Shown here one piece after another: positions 54,966 through 64,000 of a DNA stretch of 64,000 nucleotides (positions are counted from its first letter, which is position 1; the number at the start of each line of letters is the position of its first letter). Source of the DNA: Chrysomallon squamiferum (taxonomy: Eukaryota > Animalia > Mollusca). The translations under genes and the position numbers were made by a program. Under the pieces are notes generated by a model. The model had not been told where the DNA came from. It ran no database searches and was given only the letters and a program-made list of their open reading frames with translations. The DNA lies in NCBI GenBank assembly GCA_012295275.1, contig CM022670.1, positions 33,046,001 through 33,110,000 on the forward strand, read 5' to 3'.

Positions 54966-55706
54966 AATTTGAAAATGAATAATTTAATCCAGTTAATACT
55001 AAATAAAAATAAATTAATTGCTAATGTCTTTTATTTACAATATTGAAATCTCCTTCTTTTATTTTTATTATTTATTATATTTTAATTATTATTATTAATT
55101 TTTTGGTTTTATTTTTTTAACTTTTTTTTTTTTTTTTTTTTTTTGTATTAATATTTCGGTACATTTATTACGTAAGTTTGGCCTCCTCAACGCATACAAA
55201 AAATAATTTGTTAAATAACTTGCAGTTTGTGATAGGTATTAACGAAATGAACTGGATTTCTCTAATCGTATTACCGGTCATCTATCGGTTAATCGTAAGA
55301 TTTTGAATACTACTAACAGATATGTAACAGTTTCAAACAACTGATTTAAATGGTTCGTTGCTTGGAAATTTACCTCGATTACTTTGAATTAAGACATTAA
55401 AATATTCACGTGCACCTTAGCGACGATTAATTGTAAACGACATATAAAGGTATTAAGCACATTTTCCTCGTAGGTGAAGCTTGTGCTCCAGTATATTTTA
55501 GTGAATCAAATATTCTACACAAGAAACTGTTGTTGGATCCTTCTGAAAGGTTAGGTGCATTTTATACATTTTTCAAAATTCATTATACTGAGATCAGGAA
55601 CATAAAGAAGTTTTGTCTATAGTTGTTGATTATAGTTTGACTGACAAATATTGTGTTAAACGGAAACAAATTTGAAAAGTTACTGTGAAATAAACTGATT
55701 CATAAA

Positions 55707-55745
<39 letters not shown>

Positions 55746-55871
55746 AAAACAACTTCATTAAAATGCTGATGTTTGTATTTGATGGAGAATTTTCAGTGAA
55801 AAACGTTTTGGCAGTACTTTGATTAAAGTCTTGGTCGTGAAGCCATCATGTTGTTCACATGATAATGTTTC

Positions 55872-56183
55872 ATGGGGACATATCTGGGAAAGACATTCTA
55901 CACGACCCGAGGGCAGTCAAAATACCATCAACCAACGAAAGATAAAAGTCATGTTCGCTGGGCTGATGAATGCGACAAAGTTCTGGAGACGGAGCATCCG
56001 ATATCCCGGAGGCAAAAGAAAAGATCGACTCTGAAACGAACAGTCCGTATTAAACCATTATCACCCTATGAGTTAGCACTACAAAGAGAATTACAGGCGC
56101 TTACAAAATTGAATACAATTGTTTGTTGTTTGTTTTCTTATTCCCCATTAGGGGGCGCATCGCGGCGCATTGCGGCTCACTGA
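55872..56183 (+). CDS. Putative small orphan protein (103 aa) with RVxF-like KSHVRWADE motif
   Basis: ATG-Gly start, GC-richer non-repetitive ORF; upstream TATAAA near 55443 and donor AAG|GTTAGG after 55549. Confidence 0.4.
   Translation: MGTYLGKTFYTTRGQSKYHQPTKDKSHVRWADECDKVLETEHPISRRQKKRSTLKRTVRIKPLSPYELALQRELQALTKLNTIVCCLFSYSPLGGASRRIAAH
56145..56158 (+). promoter_or_regulatory. CTCF-like motif CCATTAGGGGGCGC
   Basis: 13/14 match to the CCASYAGRKGGCRS core. Confidence 0.35.
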
Positions 56184-56415
56184 TGTAGCGACCTTCCGAT
56201 TCATGACAAATAAGACATCTGTTTCCTTTCCCATTTCTATTAATGTTTGATGATTAATATTTTACAGAGCCGTTTGAAGATAAATGTATATTAAGGCTCT
56301 CGTGTTGCTAATAGAAGAGTATATTATTCATATGGTTTTGAGTATATTAAAATCAGGTTTTCTTTAAGACTGTCACGAAATAGTTTAATGATATGGGAAG
56401 GCACTGTTTGGTAAG

Positions 56416-56419
<4 letters not shown>

Positions 56420-56495
<76 letters not shown>
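56420..56495. repeat. (CT)n microsatellite
   Basis: Pure dinucleotide run. Confidence 0.97.
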
Positions 56496-56500
<5 letters not shown>

Positions 56501-57027
56501 AGATTCATTTTGCAAACTAAAAATAAATATATAAATATTAGTTTCAATAAAACACAGGTTAAATTTATTAGTTATATCCTTAAAGATTTTGAACTATCTA
56601 TCACAAGTGGAAAATCTCTTAAAGTGTTACATAGTCATTAATACTAAGAGTATTTTTTATTATTATTATTATTTAGTGGTATTTTAAAATATATTATAAA
56701 ATAAAAATGAAAACCTTTACGTTGAGCTATAACAAAACAATAAAAAAAAAAAATAATAATAATAAAATAACAATAAAATTATAAAAAATATATTAATTAA
56801 AAAAAAAAGTGATAGCATTGGTGTCATATTTCAATTTATCACCACATTCTTTCTTTATTCATTATTATATAATTATTATTATTATTTTTATTATTATTAT
56901 TATTAATTAATTAATTAATTTATTATTTACTTACTTATTTTTATGTTCATCTTAAATTTTATTTTATTTAACCTTTTATTTTATTAATTTGTTTAAAAAC
57001 AAAAATCTTAAAATAAATATAAAGCAG

Positions 57028-57138
<111 letters not shown>

Positions 57139-57509
57139 ATTTTCGTTATATGTTGCAGGCAGAGATGCAGGCAGTGACTGTTCTGGAGGAAGGTCGTTCT
57201 CAGTGATTACAGTATATTGTTATAAAATATTTTCATCATAGAACTGTAAAGTTCCAAAAGTGTAAGAAAGGATATTTTCATATTATTTCATTCACATATT
57301 TTATACAAATGGATATTTTTTTTTCCATATTAAACAAAGCTATCGTAATAAAATTAAATCTTATTCTGAAGAGACGACTATTCACGTTAAAACTCATACT
57401 AAAACAAATGACAAAACAATTGAAAATATTTTATATAGAAAATTTATTTCCTAACAAGAAATTAAGAATCACTAAATAGTATTTAGTAAAGGCTTTACAA
57501 GAGATAAAG

Positions 57510-59527
57510 CTAAGTGTATCTGATAGACATGTAGACTCTGCTGTTGTACTCATCTGCTGAAAAACGTAGGTAGAGTGGAGAAGATGAATCACTAAGATCA
57601 TACTTTAGAGTATTTTGACTTGAGGCGACGTATGGGCCATCCATCTCGGTTCCTAGTTCGATATTTATTGGCTTTCTGTATACACTTATGGCTTTGATGG
57701 TGACAGACGTTTTAGTGGTTGGAGGGTCAAGGAGAAACATTGGATTTTGTTCAGCGGACACAATCAGACGACGTATTGTGGTTCCATCTTTCAGGGTTTC
57801 CATGAAAGTGTCTTCTTGACATTTCTCCATTTTTATACCTACGACAGCAAAGGCTGTTTTAATTTCGGTTAAGTAAGAATTGTAGCCAAGGTCGTGGGCA
57901 GATCTCAGGACACCGCAGGCGCCTTCTTCAAAATTTGATCTTTCCTTCCAGTATATCTGATTAGCCTGGATGAAACAATGGTAGGCTTCCTTCATGGGCA
58001 TATTTTGAATCTGGACCAGCTGATAAAAAGCGTGATTGAAAAGACCGCTGCTGTGATGTACGTTCAGTCCTGACCTGTATTTTGTGATGTGTTTTATGGA
58101 TCGTCCGTCTTTAGTTGGGTCCTCAAAATATCTCAGGGCTTTCTTTGGGTCTTTGCGGAGTTCAAAACCTACATACCAGTCATTAGAGAGAGCATAGGCT
58201 TCGACAAGTTCTCCAGTGATGTCAGAGAAAGCTTCGTTGATTCCTCCAGACTGACCAGAGTAGAAGAGATTGGAAAATCTTGTTGTGATTCCATGTCCAA
58301 GTTCGTGCGCAACTACATCAAGACTTACAAGAGGATAGAAGAAATTCTTACCATCTCCAAATGTCAGACTTTTGCCATCCCAAAAAGCATTTTCATATTG
58401 TTTCCCATAATGAACGTACATGATTGGCTTGAATCCTAAAGGATTAATTTTGTACCATTCTTTGATTGCTTGTACTGTTGTGTAGCCAAAGTAAAATGCA
58501 TCCATCACAGGAGAAAATGCTCCGTTAATTTCATCGCTATAACCTTTACTGCAGGTAAAATTTGCGGCAGGACTTCTGTTTGATCTTGTGCGAGACTGTT
58601 TCAGATCTATTACCTTAACATGTTCTGTTTCAAGAATACAAAGGTTTCTTTTAACAGTGGGATTAATGCATCTGGGTGGAACTCCATAATTGTATTTTCC
58701 CGTTTTCAGATTCCCTCCTACTCCTTTGGCTGGAGACGTACATTTCACTTCTGGTGGTGATGTTGTCGTTTTAGAGTTTTCATCGCAGTCTTTGTCGGGA
58801 ACCGGTTTTGGGGTAGGTGGTGTTGGTGTTGTTGTAGGTGATGTTGGTGTTGTTGGTGGTGTTGTAGTCGTTGTTGGTGGTGATGTAGTCGTTGTTTTTG
58901 GATCGCAGTTCTCCTGAGCTTCCAGCGCTCTTAAGAAGTTATTCATATTCGAGGTCATGTTATTTACCCTATCAAACTTCATAAAGATGGTTAAGTCACA
59001 GGCATCAATGATGTAAAATGGCCGACTGACAGCGGTCTCGGTTACATACAGGAATTCAACCTCATACACCCATACTGCGTCATGATCGTTTTTCAAGTAA
59101 ATCTTTCGCTTACACTTCTCCTCTGAAACGCTGATATCCTTGGACGATAGACCAGAGTCCATTAATGCTACCTCGAGTATCGTTTCATTGGACTGGATGC
59201 ACGACGTTCTGTTCTTAATGTCACTTTCTATTCCAATGATGATTTCTCCGCTTACTATTCCTGTGTATCCAGAATGTGGGTCCATGTCAGCCTCTACACC
59301 AAATCCAATAACATCGTAACCTAAATATGTTTCCTTCATCTTCTTCTTATAGCGTCCTTGAGCTGTCCTCACCATCTCTACGGAAGACAGTCGCTCGCCA
59401 GTAGACAAATGTAGCAGTTTTCCCATGTTATATCTGTTCCATTTTGGGGTAGCCCCATTCTGAAGAGTCGCCGAAAGTCTGTCTGAGGCGTCGTATTTTG
59501 TGCATCCTTCGGCGAGTTCACTGACAA
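57510..59527 (-). CDS. M4 family zinc metalloprotease (vibriolysin/elastase-like preproprotein), main coding exon, copy 1
   Basis: GGNLKTGKYNYG, INGAFSP..DAFYFG, VHYGKQYENAFWDG, FYPLVSLDVVAHELGHG (HExxH at 58293-58307), GGINEAFSD, NVHHSSG; PepSY-like propeptide; phase-1 acceptor TTTTAG|; AATAAA at 57448-57443. Confidence 0.95.
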
Positions 59528-59792
59528 CTAAAATGCAAAAAAGCAATAATAATAATAATACATACATACATACATGTAGTTTTTTTCCCAAATGTACATA
59601 TACACATATGCACATTTGTGAAAAAAAAGTATAAATCAAAGTACAAAGATCGAAATAAAATAATAAAGATGAAGACGAAGAAGATGAAGAAATGAAAAAA
59701 AGAAAACAAAAAAGTTATTTTGATACGTCATATTTATCGGTATATATATACTCATATTTGTATGTGTTTTGACTCATATTTGTATGTGTGTG

Positions 59793-59902
<110 letters not shown>

Positions 59903-59929
59903 ATGTGCCAAGTGGTACTTCTGACTTAC

Positions 59930-59969
59930 CTAAGAAAAACGCCAGAATCTTTATCATGGTGAGGTACAT
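59930..59969 (-). CDS. M4 protease copy 1, first coding exon (signal peptide start)
   Basis: MYLTMIKILAFFL then G|GTAAGT donor, phase 1; splicing gives MYLTMIKILAFFLVVSELAEG-C, a plausible signal peptide; total 685 aa. Confidence 0.85.
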
Positions 59970-60664
59970 GTTGTATCCAGACTTCTAATCCTGATGGATC
60001 GAATTTTAGATTCTGAAAATAATGAATTTATTTTATTTTAAATCGTATTTGTTTTAGATTATAATTATACATACATGTATACATACATATATTCATTTCA
60101 TTTGGCTTTAATTACGGACACTAAAATAAGGGATATCATACACTAAAATTGTATTGTTTTGATTTGAAAAACGGAAATGTTTTTCTAACTTCAGATTAAT
60201 CAAAACTGTTTTAGGAAATAATTATGTATATAATCTGTTATGTTTGCATTTTATAATGCTTGCGGTATCAAACTATAATTTTATAATTTCCTATAAGTAG
60301 GAATACTCTGAAATATCAATAAAATTGCTTAATTTGTGCAATCCAAAACTTAGACCGAGGCAATATCTTTCAATTATTTTAAAATCATACAATATTCTTG
60401 ATATTATTTTTCAACTCTTATTTGTATGTGTTTTGACTAAGAAAATGCCTACTCATGGGTTTATTAAAATGTTTAATTTAGCTTCCAAATTTTCCCGAAT
60501 GCAGTTTTTGAAAATAATTACTTAAAATATTTAATAATTTAGGCATCTTTTATTTTCGAACGTATTCAAATACTTTAAAGATATTTCCTTTGGATCGTTT
60601 AAAAAATAATAATAATAAGATAAAGTAAAGTAAAATGAAGCAAATATAAAAATAACACACATAC

Positions 60665-60785
60665 CTGTGACGATATTTGTTTCAAGTTTTCTTTCTTTTT
60701 CTCTGTGTGTGTTGGTGAACTATGCAGCAGTAGGCCAGGAAATGATTCTCTGTCTTTCCTTGTGATAAATGGGACTATATATACC
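60665..60785 (-). promoter_or_regulatory. Candidate TATA promoter and non-coding first exon of the M4 gene
   Basis: TATATATAG near 60783-60775, donor CAG|GTATGT at 60665/60664, matching acceptor TTTTCAG| before 60012. Confidence 0.5.
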
Positions 60786-61584
60786 AAATAGTGCAAACAT
60801 AATAATATTAGCTAATTACAAAATAGCATTCATCAATTAAGAGTGAATTTTTATTATTAATGAAAATAAGGAGATTAACATTTTTAGATCAAAGAAATCC
60901 CACAATGCCAATGAAAATAAATTAACGAAGAATTAAAATTTCTAATTGTGTACATTTTATTTACGTCATTAGAATGTTTTCAGCTATCATCATAGAGGTT
61001 TTCTGAATTGGCGTTTTCTTTCACTGGTAGTCAAGACGTTCGCGTAATTAGTTATAGCCGTAGTAACGACTTTCGGGCAAATTTTATTTCGTATTTTTTA
61101 AAATACTTTTTTGTTTACTTATGCAGTAACTTGTTACATCTAATTGGAATATTATCATTGTCGTGAAAGGCCATATTTATTTTGGGCATAACCAACTAAC
61201 CAAAATGCTAAGCTGTTTAACTTAAGTATGTTTAAAAACAAGCACTCTAATAGCTAAGCTATAAATTTTAGTGCGCTGAAAATAAATACTATGGACAACA
61301 AAATTAATATTAATTTGGTGCAGTAAAATTAACTTGTTTCAAAATGTAGAAAGAGAACGTTCGGTTTGTGAAGTGATCTGTATTTTCAAAAAAAAAATAT
61401 TTTTTTTTCTAATATGTATTTTAATGGTACGTTTTGGTTTGACAGTCTTTGAACATGTGATTGTTGATATAGATGGTTTACAAGGTACAGATACAACAGA
61501 GCAGGGTCTCAGTATTTTTTTATTTTATTTTACTGTGTTTTCCTTTTGTTTTCTTTCATTTTTCCGTCTTTTTCTTCTTATTTC

Positions 61585-61594
61585 GTTTCTTCTT

Positions 61595-61625
<31 letters not shown>

Positions 61626-61923
61626 TTATTATTATTATTTCTTATCAATTAATTCTTTTTTCTGTGTGTGTATTATTCATTCTTTTTCTTTAATTTCCTT
61701 TATTTCCTTGTTTCATTTCTTGTTATTTTGTACTTATTTTATTATTTCAACGACCACAGATGCAACAATATTAACAAAATTAATATCTATCTTTCTTTTC
61801 ATGATCAAACATTATTGTTATTATTGTTGTTGTTGCTGCTGCTGCTGCTGATGATGATGAACATTTTCTCTTCTTGGATTTGTCGTATTCATTTTCTTCT
61901 TCTTTTTCTTACTCATACTTGGC

Positions 61924-61965
<42 letters not shown>

Positions 61966-61984
61966 GATTATGATTATGATTATG

Positions 61985-62028
<44 letters not shown>

Positions 62029-62315
62029 TGATGTTGTTGCTTTTCTTCTTCGTTTTCTTCTTACATCTGATATTATTAGTGCCAATAAAACAACAACAAC
62101 TACTACTACCGCTGTCACTGCTACTACTACTATCACTATTACAGCTACCCCTACTATTATTACTCTAACTACTATTCCTTCTCCTACTATGACTTCTACT
62201 ATTAGTACTTTTGTTTGTATATTTTACTACTATTATTACTTTGTCTGCATTTGCTACTTATGCTACTATTACTAACTCTACTACTTTTAACACTATTACT
62301 ACTGTTACTACTACT
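61585..62315. repeat. Mosaic of trinucleotide microsatellites (CTT, ATT, GTT, GCT, ACT)
   Basis: Successive simple repeats. Confidence 0.9.
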
Positions 62316-63031
62316 GTTTGAACAATTTCATAATTTTTTTAAAACTTGTTTATGTTTAGTTTCCATAGGTTTTATTTACCTACGTCTGGAATAAACGCTG
62401 GAGATGTAATCGTTAAAAAACGTGACAGAATTTTCAGAGAGACGTATCGATTATTTATTTACGTAAATAAAACGCGTCAGTCTTTAGAATCTGTATTTTC
62501 GTTTTCACTTTCATTTCCATCACGTTTATAGATTTTACAAATTGAGGTAAGTTTCTATAATAAAAGAAAATAAATAAATGGAAGATATGAAAAGTGTTGA
62601 GAAATAATAATAAAATATTTGACATAAATAAGAAATCATTGCTTGTAAATATATGTGTAAAGAAACCACTGTATTTCGATCGATAACCATATATATATCA
62701 TTATATGCATATGTGTATAATAAGAGAGAGAGAGAGATGGCATTGGTGTCGAAGAAGAAACATCTTACATGGTATTTTAAAATATATTATAAAATAAAAA
62801 TGAAAACCTTTACGTTGAGCTATAACAAAACAATAAAAATGTTTTTTAAAAAAAATAGCAATAAAATCATAAAAAATATATTAATTTAAAAAAAGTGATG
62901 GCATTGGTGTCGAAGAAGAAACATCTTCAAAGTCATTTTTGAGTATATCACCACATTCTTTCTTTATTCATTATTATTATATTATTATTATTATTATTAT
63001 TATTATGATTATTATTATTATTATTATTAAT

Positions 63032-63066
<35 letters not shown>

Positions 63067-63173
63067 TTATTTACTTAGTTATTTTTATGTTCATTTTAAA
63101 TTTTATTTTATTTAACCTTTTAACTTTATTAATTTGTTTAAAAACAAAACATCATAAGATAAATACAAAGCAG

Positions 63174-63248
<75 letters not shown>

Positions 63249-63606
63249 ATTTTCGTTATATGTTGCAGGCAGAGATTGTTTTGGAGGAAGGTCGTTCTCA
63301 GTGATTACAGTATATTGTTATAAAATCTTTTCATCATAGAACTGTAAAGTTCCAAAAGTGTAAGAAAGGATATTTTCATTTTATTTCATTCACATATTTT
63401 ATACAAATGGATATTTTTTTTTCCATATTAAACAAAGCTATCGTAATAAAATTAAATCTTATTCTGAAGAGACGACTATTCACGTTAAAACTCATACTAA
63501 AACAAATGACAAAACAATTGAAAACATTTTATATAGAAAATTTATTTCCTAACAAGAAATTAAGAATCACTAAATAGTATTTAGGAAAGGCTTTACAAAG
63601 ATAAAG

Positions 63607-64000
63607 CTAAGTGTATCTGATAGACATGTAGACTCTGCTGTTGTACTCATCTGCTGAAAAACGTAGGTAGAGTGGAGAAGATGAATCACTAAGATCATAC
63701 TTTAGAGTATTTTGACTTGAGGCGACGTATGGGCCATCCATCTCGGTTCCTAGTTCGATATTTATTGGCTTTCTGTAAACACTTATGGCTTTGATGGTGA
63801 CAGACGTTTTAGTGGTTGGTGGGTCAAGGAGAAACATTGGATTTTGTTCAGCGGACACAATCAGACGACGTATTGTGGTTCCATCTTTCAGGGTTTCCAT
63901 GAAAGTGTTTTCTTGACATTTCTCCATTTTAATACCTACGACAGCAAAGGCTGCTTTAATTTCGGTTAAGTAAGAATTGTAGCCAAGGTCGTGGGCAGAT
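63607..64000 (-). CDS. M4 family metalloprotease, copy 2 (3' end only; continues beyond window)
   Basis: Open frame to the window edge, SAHDLGYNSYLTEIKAAFAVVGIKMEKCQEN...SIRYT*; 5 nt differences from copy 1 in 394 bp by manual comparison. Confidence 0.93.
   Translation of the reverse strand, partial: SAHDLGYNSYLTEIKAAFAVVGIKMEKCQENTFMETLKDGTTIRRLIVSAEQNPMFLLDPPTTKTSVTIKAISVYRKPINIELGTEMDGPYVASSQNTLKYDLSDSSSPLYLRFSADEYNSRVYMSIRYT

Noticed and set aside
58089-58917. + strand ORFs overlapping the protease
   Set aside because: Antisense shadows of the M4 coding exon
59528-59639. N-terminal extension of the 709-aa ORF (MIYTFFSQ...LLLLLLFCIL)
   Set aside because: Non-ATG start, intronic low-complexity sequence; a phase-matched upstream exon at 59969-59930 gives a better signal peptide

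Overview
Eukaryotic, AT-rich, microsatellite-dense genomic DNA with GT-AG introns, most likely from an invertebrate (mollusc/lophotrochozoan-like; the taxon is an inference). Left to right: a degenerate interstitial TTAGGG satellite (1-740); about 28 kb of gene-poor, CpG-retaining DNA with candidate distal promoters/first exons, minisatellites and a decayed LINE 3' end; a 5-coding-exon PDZ-C2-RhoGAP gene of the RhoGAP100F/SYD-1 family (+, 28808-39902, about 1080 aa); a convergent 10-coding-exon D-aspartate/D-amino-acid oxidase gene (-, 54080-48927, ends in PTS1 SRL, with an apparent 1-bp frameshift in exon 9); a divergent orphan small ORF with a PP1-docking-like motif; and a tandem array of M4 (vibriolysin/Pseudomonas elastase-like) zinc metalloprotease genes (-, one complete copy 59969-57510 and a second copy cut by the window end). 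The M4 gene is the top finding. It has a bacterial-type preproprotease architecture but carries spliceosomal introns, a poly(A) signal and a Thr/Pro-rich insert, consistent with a domesticated, recently amplified horizontally acquired protease. All exon coordinates were derived by hand from splice consensus and reading-frame phase.
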